From: an uncultured Candidatus Saccharibacteria bacterium | GTDB lineage: Bacteria > Patescibacteriota > Saccharimonadia > Saccharimonadales > CAYZZS01 | Direction: 5' to 3' | Length of the DNA: 64,000 bases | Assembly (NCBI GenBank): GCA_964483035.1 | Contig: CAYZZS010000002.1 | Location: forward strand, 24,872-88,871 | Shown: positions 28,016 to 37,227 of the stretch, one piece after another | How positions within the stretch are numbered: position 1 is the stretch's first letter | How the letters are laid out: each line of letters opens with the position of its first letter | The notes under the pieces: generated by a model | Database searches by the model: none | Told to the model about the DNA's origin: nothing | Seen by the model: the letters and a program-made list of their open reading frames with translations, nothing else | Position numbers and translations under genes: made by a program

Positions 28016-29506
28016 ATGTCAGCATCACATCACCATCCCGAAACACACCACAATGTACCGCCGGTCGTGGCGGAATATATGAGCACGCATCGCCACAAAG
28101 AGCTGTATAACGATGTAATGTATGCCGGCTGGGCTGAAAAGACCAAGATAGGCAAGGATGGGCAGCCGATGCCGTTCTCAGAGGATGCCGTATATGCCTT
28201 TGTTGACCAAGAGTCAGGCAATGGTATATACGGTGTTTTTGATGGTGCCGGCGGCATGGATGATGGCAGGGGCGCTTCCGAAGCGGCCCGCCAGTATCTT
28301 CATGAGTACGCCATGCAGCACGGTGATACGGTGCCATCGAATCCGCGCCAGAACATTGAAAACATAGTAGAAGAGATGGTAGACAGGGTGGCTGCGGTGA
28401 GTAAAGGCGCTACTACCGGCGTGATTGCGATGGTGCATAAGGACCGAGAGGGCGGACAGAAGCTCGCTTGGGCGGGGGTGGGTGACTCGCTGCTATTTGT
28501 TATCAGAGGAGGCAGGGCATATCAGCTGAACCGCGAAGAGACGCAGCGGCAGGAGATGTTGGAGCAAGGAAAGTCCGAGGCAGAGGCAGATAGGCATGGG
28601 AATGTTATTACAAACGCGCTCGGCTCTGATACTTACACAGGGTTAAATCAAACTGATGTTATCCAGCTCTATCCCGGCGACCAGATTTTGTTAGTGTCGG
28701 ATGGAGTAACCGGTGATACCTCGAAGCAGCGGTTGCGCGGCGGAGATAATATGGCGGCCATAGAAGAGGTAATGAACGCACCGCATGCGACGCCGCAGCA
28801 AAAGGCCGAGGCGCTGATTGAGGCCGCAACCAAGAATGATGACCGTAGCGCCATGATTATTCAGATTGACGGGCCGCAACCTTCGGCAGAGGCGGTCCGC
28901 GAAGGTGATCGGAGCAGTCAGCGTGTCGGTAGGGCAAGTGGCGTTGTTGCGGTCGGTAGTCTTCTAGAGTCGGTTCCGGTTAATGAGCGGAAGGTCGCCC
29001 ATACGATGCGCGAGTATCAATTACACCGTGGCGCCTTGAAGTTGCCAGAAGAGGCCGTAATGGATATTGGTAAGGCGCGCGAGGAGTATGGCGTCAATGG
29101 TATGGTGCTTGCTGAGATTACGCTACCGGCTGCTGAGCATAGTCAGTCTGAACCAAAGATTGGCCTGGTTGATTTTGGGGCGCTAGCTACTGAGCGGCCG
29201 ACTCCTGTTAAGTATGTTGACGGTAGACCGGCCGAGGAGTTGGGCGTAACACACTCGCGGTACGCCCTCATAGCTTTAAATTATATGGGCGAGGGTGACC
29301 GCGCTCCATTCCTGGAGTTAAGCAAGGCTGAAATGACCATTGGTCGTCAAAATATACACCCCATGCTGGGGCTTACGAGTACGCCAGACGGTTCACTGAT
29401 TTCCCGGAGGCACTTTACCGTTGAGCAGAGTGAGGACGGAAAGGGGTTAACGATCAGGGATCACTCCACCAACGGAACACGTATCAAGGTTGCAGCCCGC
29501 GGTTAG
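28016..29506 (+). CDS. PP2C/PPM-type Ser/Thr protein phosphatase fused to a C-terminal FHA domain
   Basis: EDA, VFDGAGG, GVGDS, NVITNALG, LVSDGV, DDRS (PPM); IGRQ, ISRRH, STNGT (FHA). Confidence 0.82.
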   Translation: MSASHHHPETHHNVPPVVAEYMSTHRHKELYNDVMYAGWAEKTKIGKDGQPMPFSEDAVYAFVDQESGNGIYGVFDGAGGMDDGRGASEAARQYLHEYAMQHGDTVPSNPRQNIENIVEEMVDRVAAVSKGATTGVIAMVHKDREGGQKLAWAGVGDSLLFVIRGGRAYQLNREETQRQEMLEQGKSEAEADRHGNVITNALGSDTYTGLNQTDVIQLYPGDQILLVSDGVTGDTSKQRLRGGDNMAAIEEVMNAPHATPQQKAEALIEAATKNDDRSAMIIQIDGPQPSAEAVREGDRSSQRVGRASGVVAVGSLLESVPVNERKVAHTMREYQLHRGALKLPEEAVMDIGKAREEYGVNGMVLAEITLPAAEHSQSEPKIGLVDFGALATERPTPVKYVDGRPAEELGVTHSRYALIALNYMGEGDRAPFLELSKAEMTIGRQNIHPMLGLTSTPDGSLISRRHFTVEQSEDGKGLTIRDHSTNGTRIKVAARG

Positions 29507-29540
29507 CGCCTCGGTGTTGAGTTCACCATCGCTTAAAACA

Positions 29541-29563
29541 AAAACCGGCCGATGGCCGGTTTT
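29541..29563. terminator. Bidirectional intrinsic terminator between convergent PP2C-FHA and rpmA
   Basis: AAAACCGGCC-gat-GGCCGGTTTT perfect stem with A/T tails. Confidence 0.8.
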
Positions 29564-29591
29564 GTCGTAAATTGAATACTTACGTAAAGTC

Positions 29592-29864
29592 CTACTCGAC
29601 CGTTACTTCGGTGCGGTTGACACTTTTGCCGGTAAAGAGGCGAACGCGGCGGCTCGTGTACTTCACTACACCGTCCCGTGTTGCGTGGATCGTGAAGTTG
29701 CGGCTGAGCATGGTGCCTTTGCCGGCACGCTTAGTCATGCCTACCTGACGAACGATTACCTGACCATTGCGAACTTTCTGACCACCATATAGCTTGACAC
29801 CCAGTCTCTGGCCGGGGCTGTCGTGGACGTTTTTACTGCTACCACCTGCTTTAACTTTTGCCAT
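29592..29864 (-). CDS. rpmA: 50S ribosomal protein L27
   Basis: KAGGSSKN..DSPGQRLGVK.YGGQ...VIVRQ, IHATRDGVV. Confidence 0.95.
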   Translation of the reverse strand: MAKVKAGGSSKNVHDSPGQRLGVKLYGGQKVRNGQVIVRQVGMTKRAGKGTMLSRNFTIHATRDGVVKYTSRRVRLFTGKSVNRTEVTVE

Positions 29865-29866
29865 AC

Positions 29867-31075
29867 TTACTTCCTTATTAGTACTACAAGTTCACGGGCG
29901 ACCGTTTGGCCGGGACGATGATAGATGAGATCCTCATCACTAACGTGAACAAAACTTAGACGAGTATAGCCTAATTCCGCTAAATTATCAAGGGTTTTGA
30001 GGTGTTTGAAGCCATTATTTGTCCTCCAGGCAGGAACAGCGATGCACAGGCGGAATCCCGGCTTGGTTTGCTTCGCGACATTCCGGAGAAATTTCTTGTG
30101 AATCAGATTGACGTCATGTATGACTTCGGTAAGTGTTTCGGGATCCGGCTCGCTGCTGAAGGGTCGACCGAGATAGGTCTCGCAGGCGATAAAGTCAGGC
30201 AGCGGCGACCACTGCAGCTCGGTAGCGTCACCGGTTTGCAGCTGGTAGTAACGTTTATCGGGCGAGTGGGGGATTGCTCGGCCCTTGTCTAAGGTGAGCA
30301 GCCATTGCAAATTTTCATCAGTATAATCAACCATTCGCTGATCCAGGTCGCTGCCCATAATGTCGTAACCCATCAGACTGGCTTCTTGTAGCACAACCCC
30401 AGTACCACAGAATGGGTCAAGGACGGTCGCACCTTTCTCCGGACCGGTCGAACCGACGGCAAGATTGATTATGATCTGTGCGAGCTTGGGCGGCAGCATG
30501 CCGACCTTAGCATCGCGCTTGGGGCGCTTCTGGTCGCGGGCGGCATAGGCTTCAATGTCTTGTTCGGCGGTGGTGCGGGCGATGATGGTTTGATTGCGGG
30601 TGCGCACAAACACTAGCTCCCAGCCCATTGGTCCGGTTAGGTTGTTGTGCAGGACCTGGGCGCTATTAAGGGCCGGGGACTTGTTCGGTACGATGCGCAC
30701 GGAGCGACCGGTGGCTCTGATGGCCTTCTTGACTTTCAGGCCGGTAGCAAGCAGCGGCTTCAGTCCGACCGCCAGGTTGTAAACACTTAAGCCGATGCTT
30801 AATTTACCGTCACCGGACAATAAGGCAGCGTGTTCCGGAGTTGTATCAATCAGGAACTGTTCGATCTCCTTCCAGTTCGTCGTATCCAGCCGAGTCAGGA
30901 CTTGTGTGAGCTTGACGCTGCCGCCAAGGCGCGTGAAATCAATTTTGTCCGGTGCCATTTGCAGCAGCACAGCCTGGTCATTTACTGGTGTGATGAGCTT
31001 GCCTCCATAAAGGCTCTCGAGCTCGGCGATACCAAGGGCTGGCTGGCGGCCAAGAATGATTAAACTTTGATCCAT
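29867..31075 (-). CDS. Trm11-like SAM-dependent (tRNA/RNA) methyltransferase
   Basis: GMLPPKLAQIIINL, VLDPFCGTG, GSDLD; co-oriented with rpmA across a 2-bp gap. Confidence 0.78.
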   Translation of the reverse strand: MDQSLIILGRQPALGIAELESLYGGKLITPVNDQAVLLQMAPDKIDFTRLGGSVKLTQVLTRLDTTNWKEIEQFLIDTTPEHAALLSGDGKLSIGLSVYNLAVGLKPLLATGLKVKKAIRATGRSVRIVPNKSPALNSAQVLHNNLTGPMGWELVFVRTRNQTIIARTTAEQDIEAYAARDQKRPKRDAKVGMLPPKLAQIIINLAVGSTGPEKGATVLDPFCGTGVVLQEASLMGYDIMGSDLDQRMVDYTDENLQWLLTLDKGRAIPHSPDKRYYQLQTGDATELQWSPLPDFIACETYLGRPFSSEPDPETLTEVIHDVNLIHKKFLRNVAKQTKPGFRLCIAVPAWRTNNGFKHLKTLDNLAELGYTRLSFVHVSDEDLIYHRPGQTVARELVVLIRK

Positions 31076-31156
31076 GTTCTGTGTAAGTATACCTGATAGC
31101 CACGGTCAACAATGCGCCGGAATAAGGTTAGCGGGCAGTTCTGTATAATTTAGCCC

Positions 31157-32215
31157 ATGAACCGCGTGAATTCGTACATCAGGCACAACTGGCGGCTGGT
31201 CGTGACAGTGCTGACTTTTGTAGCACTAGCCGGGCTGGTTTACGTGGTGCGTAACGATATCCTTGATACGGTGCGCAATCTAAATGACGTCAATACGTGG
31301 GCACTACTGCTATTACTGCCCGTGCAAGTGGTAAATTATGTTGCCCAGACTAAGCTGCACTTGTCATTCTTCCGGGCGCTCGGCGCCAAGTTCACATTCT
31401 GGCACATGCTAAAGGTTATGCTAGAGCTCAACTTCGTTAATAACCTGTTTCCGAGCGGCGGTGTTTCCGGGATTTCGTACTTCGGGTTGCGCCTTCGGCA
31501 AAAGGGGGTGAGCGGCACCAAGTCAACGCTGGTGCAGATCATGAAATTCGGCTTCATTTTTATTTCATTCCAGGCTCTACTGGGTGTCGGACTGCTGTTT
31601 TTGGCAGCTGAGGGTCAGGCTAACAATTTCCTGCTGCTGGTGTCAGGCTCGATCTTTACACTGCTGCTGGTTGGGACGGCCGCTACGGCATTTATTATCG
31701 GCAGCGAGCGGCGTATCAATGCGTTCTTTACGTACATCACGCGGGCGCTGAACCGGATGATACGGGTTGTGCGCCCCGGAAAGCCGGAGACTATTAACAT
31801 TGGCCGGGTTAGGGAAATCTTCACTAACCTGCATAAAAATTATGTCGTCATCCGTTCGGACTGGCGCAAGCTTGGGTGGCCTCTGTGGCATGCTTTTTTG
31901 GCAAACCTGACCGAAGTGCTGACAATATACGTGGTCTACATCGCGTTTGGGGAGTGGGTGAATTTCGGAGCGGTAATTATTGCCTATGCGGTAGCCAACT
32001 TTGCCGGGTTTATTTCAGTACTGCCCGGCGGCGTAGGGATTTACGAGGTGCTCATGACCTCGGTTCTGGCAGCAGCGGGAGTGTCGCCGGCGGTCAGTAT
32101 TCCGGTGATCATCATGTATCGGGTGTTGAGTATGCTGATCCAGCTGCCACCAGGATACTTCTTTTATCAGAAAGCCATTAGGGAGCAGCCTAAGGTGCGG
32201 ATGCAGCATGGATAA
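31157..32215 (+). CDS. Lysylphosphatidylglycerol synthase TM / flippase-like membrane protein (UPF0104)
   Basis: Multiple TMs; FVNNLFPSGG, LPGGVGIYE, IMYRVLS. Confidence 0.82.
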   Translation: MNRVNSYIRHNWRLVVTVLTFVALAGLVYVVRNDILDTVRNLNDVNTWALLLLLPVQVVNYVAQTKLHLSFFRALGAKFTFWHMLKVMLELNFVNNLFPSGGVSGISYFGLRLRQKGVSGTKSTLVQIMKFGFIFISFQALLGVGLLFLAAEGQANNFLLLVSGSIFTLLLVGTAATAFIIGSERRINAFFTYITRALNRMIRVVRPGKPETINIGRVREIFTNLHKNYVVIRSDWRKLGWPLWHAFLANLTEVLTIYVVYIAFGEWVNFGAVIIAYAVANFAGFISVLPGGVGIYEVLMTSVLAAAGVSPAVSIPVIIMYRVLSMLIQLPPGYFFYQKAIREQPKVRMQHG

Positions 32216-33347
32216 CTTAGAGATCAAGCTGGCTCCGGTCGATTTCGTCGCACTGCTCAATCAGACCATGGAGTACGCCTACCCCAGCGTAACCATTGTG
32301 GGTGAGCTGGCCAACTTTCGGGTCAGCAAGAATCGGTGGGTGTATTTTGATCTGAAGGACGAGTATGCCAGCGTTAAGTTTTTTGGCACCGTGTACATGC
32401 TGCCGGGGCCGCTGGAGGATGGCATGCTGCTTGAGGTGGCTGGCTCTCCCAGACTACATCCGCAGTACGGCTTTAGTGTGAACATTCAGAGTTTGCAGCC
32501 GGTAGGCGAAGGCTCAATCCGCCGAGCGGCAGCACTGCTGCAGGCTAAGCTGGAGGCGGAGGGGCTGTTTGATCCGAACCGTAAGCGGCCGTTGCCGTAT
32601 CCTCCTGAGCGAATTGGGTTGATAACTTCCAAGGAATCGGCAGCCTATGCCGACTTTATCAAGATTATGAACGAGCGGTGGGCGGGCGTGCGTATTGAGC
32701 TCCTGGATGTGCAGGTGCAGGGTGAGGCGGCAGTAGCGCAGATTACGGCAGCTATCGAGCACTTCAATCAGCAGCCCACTCCGCCGGAAGTTCTGGTGTT
32801 GACGCGGGGCGGCGGCAGTCCGGAGGATCTGGCGGCTTTCAGTACGGAGCAGGTAACGAGGGCAGTGGCGGGCAGTCGTATTCCGACCCTGGTGGCTATC
32901 GGGCACGAAATCGATATTAGCTTGGCGGAGCTGGCAGCTGATCAGCGGGCCAGCACGCCGTCAAACGCCGCGCAGCTTCTCGTGCCAGATAAGGCGGCCG
33001 TAAGCGCTCAGCTTACTTCGGTAAAGTCCCGGCTGGATCAGTTGCTCTCGGCAGCTGTTGGCGACAAGAGACAGCTTGTCACGGCGCGTGCTAAAGAGCT
33101 GCATGATGCGGCGGAGCGGATTGTATACACCTTGCGCCATGAGCTGAAGTTGCAGCACCAGTTGCTTGAGGCATTGAGTCCCTTGTCTGCCATGCAGCGC
33201 GGTTACGCGATTATCCGTGCCGAAGGCGGTGATGTGGTCCGCTCAGTCAAGCGGCTACAGCCGGACATGGACGTCACATTGCTGCTGCATGACGGATCGG
33301 CCCGGGCAAGCATAAGTAGCATCGAACCTAAAAACCCTTTAGACTGA
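32208..33347 (+). CDS. xseA: Exodeoxyribonuclease VII large subunit
   Basis: YFDLKD, RGGGSPEDL, IGHEID, STPSNAA, LSPLSAMQRGY. Confidence 0.95.
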   Translation: MDNLEIKLAPVDFVALLNQTMEYAYPSVTIVGELANFRVSKNRWVYFDLKDEYASVKFFGTVYMLPGPLEDGMLLEVAGSPRLHPQYGFSVNIQSLQPVGEGSIRRAAALLQAKLEAEGLFDPNRKRPLPYPPERIGLITSKESAAYADFIKIMNERWAGVRIELLDVQVQGEAAVAQITAAIEHFNQQPTPPEVLVLTRGGGSPEDLAAFSTEQVTRAVAGSRIPTLVAIGHEIDISLAELAADQRASTPSNAAQLLVPDKAAVSAQLTSVKSRLDQLLSAAVGDKRQLVTARAKELHDAAERIVYTLRHELKLQHQLLEALSPLSAMQRGYAIIRAEGGDVVRSVKRLQPDMDVTLLLHDGSARASISSIEPKNPLD

Positions 33348-33370
33348 CTCCTGTAACTGGGAGACAGCGC

Positions 33371-33862
33371 ATGGAGACACCGGCACACTATCCGTCCGAA
33401 GAATCTGATCAGCAGCCACGGCCATATTCTGCATTTAGGCTCGCAAAACGGATACTTGAGCATATGGTCTGGCTGTATAACGACAGCGAGTACGTCACGG
33501 TAGATCCAAGCGGACAGTACAGAATTTCAGATGAAATCAAGCCCAAACTGACCGAATTTCGTCTGCCAAGCGATGTTGTATCTGACGAGGGTGAAGTTCC
33601 TGAGCTTTTGCACCACAAGCTAATTATTGACGGTCCGTTGAATTTCGCCACCGAGTCCGATGGGCCGGTGTTGCAAGAAGCTGATGAGCTTAGTTTGCGG
33701 TTAGTGTCGTGGCAGGGCAACGGACAGAATGACGCCGTTGTGGAGAGCTTGGGGGTGGTACGGAATGAGCCGGGTAGTACAGTCGAGCATCAGCATCAGG
33801 AGGCGTTGATATCGCACTTAGAGGATGCCGCGCGCCGAAGTGGTGTCGGTTTGCCGGAATAA
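33371..33862 (+). CDS. Hypothetical acidic protein between xseA and xseB
   Basis: 163-aa ORF with GGAG SD that fills the gap; no recognised motif. Confidence 0.6.
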   Translation: METPAHYPSEESDQQPRPYSAFRLAKRILEHMVWLYNDSEYVTVDPSGQYRISDEIKPKLTEFRLPSDVVSDEGEVPELLHHKLIIDGPLNFATESDGPVLQEADELSLRLVSWQGNGQNDAVVESLGVVRNEPGSTVEHQHQEALISHLEDAARRSGVGLPE

Positions 33863-33879
33863 TCGCATATAATAAGGCT

Positions 33880-34074
33880 ATGGCAAAAAAGCAAGTATCC
33901 TACCGGGAGTTAAACGCGGAGTTGGAGCAAATTCTGGCTGATTTACAGGCCGACGGCATTGAAGTCGATCAGGCGATCAAGCAGTATGAGCGCGGCGTAG
34001 AGATCGTCAAGCAGCTCGAGACGCATCTCGCCGAAGCAGAGAATAAGATTACCCAGGTAAAGAACGGCCGCTAA
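33880..34074 (+). CDS. xseB: Exodeoxyribonuclease VII small subunit
   Basis: ELEQILADL...VDQAIKQYERG...LAEAENKI pattern. Confidence 0.9.
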   Translation: MAKKQVSYRELNAELEQILADLQADGIEVDQAIKQYERGVEIVKQLETHLAEAENKITQVKNGR

Positions 34075-34078
34075 GCAG

Positions 34079-34570
34079 ATGATAGAGGTCGCGGTCCTGG
34101 TAATCGCCGGCTTGGTATTGATATTTGGATTCGTGGTGGCTTTCGGGGCGCCGTACTTACCGACCATGCAAAAACAGACTGAAGCCGCGCTTGAGCTGCT
34201 GGATCTGAAGCCGGGGCAGACCTTGCTGGAGCTTGGCTGCGGTGACGGCCGGGTGCTGCGGGCGGCGGCGGAGCGTGGTATTTACGGCGTCGGCTATGAA
34301 CTCAATCCGCTGCTGGTACTTGCTGCAAAGTGCATGACTTTCAAATACCGAAAATCGGTCAAGATCCGCTGGGGGAATTACTGGCGGGCAGAGTGGCCGG
34401 AAACCGACGGCATATTCGTGTTTCTGCTAGACAAATACATGGGAAAATTGGATAAAAATATTACTCAAAGATATCGTGGTAAAAAAGTAAAGCTAGCCAG
34501 TATCGCCTTTAAGATTCCTGGCAGAGAGCCGGCCAAGTCGCGCAGCGGCGTCTTTATGTACCAATATTAA
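34079..34570 (+). CDS. Membrane-anchored class I SAM-dependent methyltransferase
   Basis: N-terminal TM, APYLPT, LELGCGDGR, GYELNP. Confidence 0.83.
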   Translation: MIEVAVLVIAGLVLIFGFVVAFGAPYLPTMQKQTEAALELLDLKPGQTLLELGCGDGRVLRAAAERGIYGVGYELNPLLVLAAKCMTFKYRKSVKIRWGNYWRAEWPETDGIFVFLLDKYMGKLDKNITQRYRGKKVKLASIAFKIPGREPAKSRSGVFMYQY

Positions 34571-34592
34571 TTGTTGTGTTACCATTACCGAT

Positions 34593-35258
34593 ATGAATAG
34601 AACGCCTCTTAACCAGCGTGGCGGCGTAATGATGACCGTCGCCTTCGCGGTGACACTAATGCTGCTGGTAGCTGCCTCCGGTTTCGGTATTTGGGCTTAT
34701 CTGGGCATGGAAGATTATAAGACCAATGCGGATCAGAAGATTGCCGAGGCGGTGAAGGTAGCGGAAGAGCGGAAGTCAGCAGAGAAAGACGCGCAGTTCC
34801 TGGAGCAGGAAAAGCTGCCATTCAAACTGTACCAGGGCCCGGCGGCATATGGCAGCCTGGCAATTCAGTACCCCAAGACTTGGAGTGCATTTGTCAGCGA
34901 GAAAGATAGCGGCAGTACGCCGATAGAAGGGTACTTTCACCCGAACTACGTGCCGGGTATTCACCGCGATAATAGCTATGCGCTAAGAGTGGAGGTGTCG
35001 AACACCAGCTATGCGGACGAGCTCAAGCGGTTTGATTCAGCCGTGAAACAGGGCAAGGCAACGGTGCAGGCGTATGTATCGCAGTCTTCGCCGTCTACTG
35101 TCGGCGCACGTATTGACGGTGAGATTGCCAGCAAGAAACAGGGCGCGATGGTCATGCTGCCACTGAGGGACAAGACGCTCAAAATGTGGACGGAGTCAGA
35201 GCAGTTCAAAGGAGATTTTGACGGTATTATCCTGAAGAATTTTGGGTTTACTCCCTAA
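34593..35258 (+). CDS. Membrane-anchored hypothetical protein (possible PsbP-like fold)
   Basis: N-terminal TM, coiled coil, IQYPKTWS motif. Confidence 0.65.
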   Translation: MNRTPLNQRGGVMMTVAFAVTLMLLVAASGFGIWAYLGMEDYKTNADQKIAEAVKVAEERKSAEKDAQFLEQEKLPFKLYQGPAAYGSLAIQYPKTWSAFVSEKDSGSTPIEGYFHPNYVPGIHRDNSYALRVEVSNTSYADELKRFDSAVKQGKATVQAYVSQSSPSTVGARIDGEIASKKQGAMVMLPLRDKTLKMWTESEQFKGDFDGIILKNFGFTP

Positions 35259-35347
35259 GGACGGCTGATTGACCGCCAGGAATCGGTAGTATTTGCACAG
35301 TTTCCGGCAAAACTTTATACTGCTACACAGTATTAAGGAGGGTAACG

Positions 35348-36076
35348 GTGCTGCAAGACCAGGAATCGTTTGCCGCAGGCTCAGCGCAGCTATTGATGGC
35401 GTTGGCCGAGCAGATGAAGGTTCCATTTTTGCACATTGCCCGCCGTGCTGAGCTTTGCAATCTGGCGATTGATGCCGATCCGGAGGCGGAGCTTCAGTAT
35501 ATTGAACGTTCGGCGAATGCGGCACTACAGCTGATTGATGGCTACTTGCTGGGTATGCGGCTGATGAAGGGGCAGCTTTCTCTGGAATTGGAGCCGGTTT
35601 CGGTGAGTTCCGTACTGCACGATGCGGCTCACACGCTTTCCAGCTACGCCAAGGATTACGAAGTGTCACTGCGGTTAGATATCAGGGGTAAGTACGGCCC
35701 GGTTATGGCTGAGCGCTCGGCACTGATGACAGCACTGACAAGTCTAGGCCAGGTATTTATCGAGGCGCAGAGCCAGCGTGAGTCGGAGCTGCTGCAGCTG
35801 ACATTGGGCGCCCATCGGACCAGTGACGGCGGTATTGCTGCCGGAGTATTTGGTGACCTGGATGGCATGAGCGCTGATATGTACCGGCGAGCCCGGCAGT
35901 TGTATGGCCGATCAAGACAGCCAATGAGCGGTGTTACGTCATCGACGGGTGCCGGCATATTCGTGGCGGATACGATTTTCAATGCGTTTTCCGCTCGGCT
36001 CCGGGTTGCTCGACATAATAATTTATCCGGCCTGGCGGCAACGCTGCTGCCCAGTCGTCAGCTTTCACTTGTATAG
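35348..36076 (+). CDS. Degenerate histidine-kinase-like protein (no sensor domain; H-box His replaced)
   Basis: LAEQMKVPF aligns with xSHELRTPL; LELEPVSVSSVL linker; TGAGIFVA G2-like box; lies next to a receiver gene. Confidence 0.72.
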   Translation: MLQDQESFAAGSAQLLMALAEQMKVPFLHIARRAELCNLAIDADPEAELQYIERSANAALQLIDGYLLGMRLMKGQLSLELEPVSVSSVLHDAAHTLSSYAKDYEVSLRLDIRGKYGPVMAERSALMTALTSLGQVFIEAQSQRESELLQLTLGAHRTSDGGIAAGVFGDLDGMSADMYRRARQLYGRSRQPMSGVTSSTGAGIFVADTIFNAFSARLRVARHNNLSGLAATLLPSRQLSLV

Positions 36077-36084
36077 GTAGCAGC

Positions 36085-36468
36085 ATGGCGAACATTCTCT
36101 TAATCGAACCGGATCGTATCCTAAGCAGGCTCTATGCGGATGCCTTGCGCGCCAATGGTCATGAGGTGGCGAGCTGCCGAAGTGCTCAAGGTGCGATACA
36201 GCTTGCTGATGAGCGGCTGCCTGATTTGATTCTGCTTGAATTACAACTGCCCCGGCATAACGGAGTAGAGTTTCTCTACGAGCTCAGGTCATATACCGAG
36301 TGGCAGCGTATTCCGGTAGTCCTGCTGAGTTCTGTGCCACCGACCGAAGTGCTTTCGCCAGTGCTCTGGGATCAGCTTGGGGTAGCAGCGTATTACTACA
36401 AGCCGCGCGCTACGCTGGCCTCACTGGTGCAGGCGGTCAATAACGTGTTGCCGTTGCCGGTCACATGA
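36085..36468 (+). CDS. Atypical receiver-domain protein (phospho-Asp replaced by Glu)
   Basis: ILLIEPD, PDLILLELQLP..NGVEFL, LLSS, YYKP. Confidence 0.82.
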   Translation: MANILLIEPDRILSRLYADALRANGHEVASCRSAQGAIQLADERLPDLILLELQLPRHNGVEFLYELRSYTEWQRIPVVLLSSVPPTEVLSPVLWDQLGVAAYYYKPRATLASLVQAVNNVLPLPVT

Positions 36469-37157
36469 ACCAGATCGTCACCACCGGTATTATCTTGACT
36501 CGGACAGACTTTGGGGAAGCTGACCGGATTTTGACCGTCCTGACACCGGATAACGGTAAGCTGCGGTTGATGGCTAAGGGGGTACGCCGGCTGAAAAGCA
36601 AGCTTGCCGGCAGTATCGAATTATTCAGCGTTACGAATATTACCTTCATTCGCGGCCGCGGCGATATCGGTACACTGGTGTCAGCCCGGCTGGTGCGCCA
36701 CTTTAGTACTATCGTGCATGACATCGACCGGACCATGTTGTGCTATGAGCTGATGAAGCAGCTCAACAAAGTGACCGAGGATGAGCCGGATCAGGAATAC
36801 TATCATCTGCTGGAGCATACCCTTGAAGCCATGGATGATGTGCAGCTCAGTACCGAGGTGATTAGCAGCTGGTTCCGGATGCAACTGTTGCGAATCGGCG
36901 GTCACTCGCCAAACTTGCACACCGATGCCAAGGGGCAGAAGCTAGTCCCGGATCAGCGCTACGGGTTTGATTTGGACAGTATGGCGTTCGTGCCGCTGGG
37001 GCAGGGGCGGTACCGTGCCGACCACATCAAGTATTTGCGAATCGGCTTTAGCGCTGCTCAACCACGAGTTTTGCAGCAGATTACCGGTATTGATAAGTTG
37101 CTGAAGGATACCCGAGAGCTGGTTGAGGCTATGGCGTCGCAGTATGCGCACGTATAG
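36465..37157 (+). CDS. recO: DNA repair protein RecO
   Basis: GIILTRTDFGEADRILTVLT..GKL...AKGVRR.KSKL. Confidence 0.93.
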   Translation: MNQIVTTGIILTRTDFGEADRILTVLTPDNGKLRLMAKGVRRLKSKLAGSIELFSVTNITFIRGRGDIGTLVSARLVRHFSTIVHDIDRTMLCYELMKQLNKVTEDEPDQEYYHLLEHTLEAMDDVQLSTEVISSWFRMQLLRIGGHSPNLHTDAKGQKLVPDQRYGFDLDSMAFVPLGQGRYRADHIKYLRIGFSAAQPRVLQQITGIDKLLKDTRELVEAMASQYAHV

Positions 37158-37227
37158 CGTACGTTTAGAGAGCTAAAGCCAGGGTGGTATTGCCTAAGTA
37201 CAGTTCTCCGTGGCAAAATAGTGCTTT

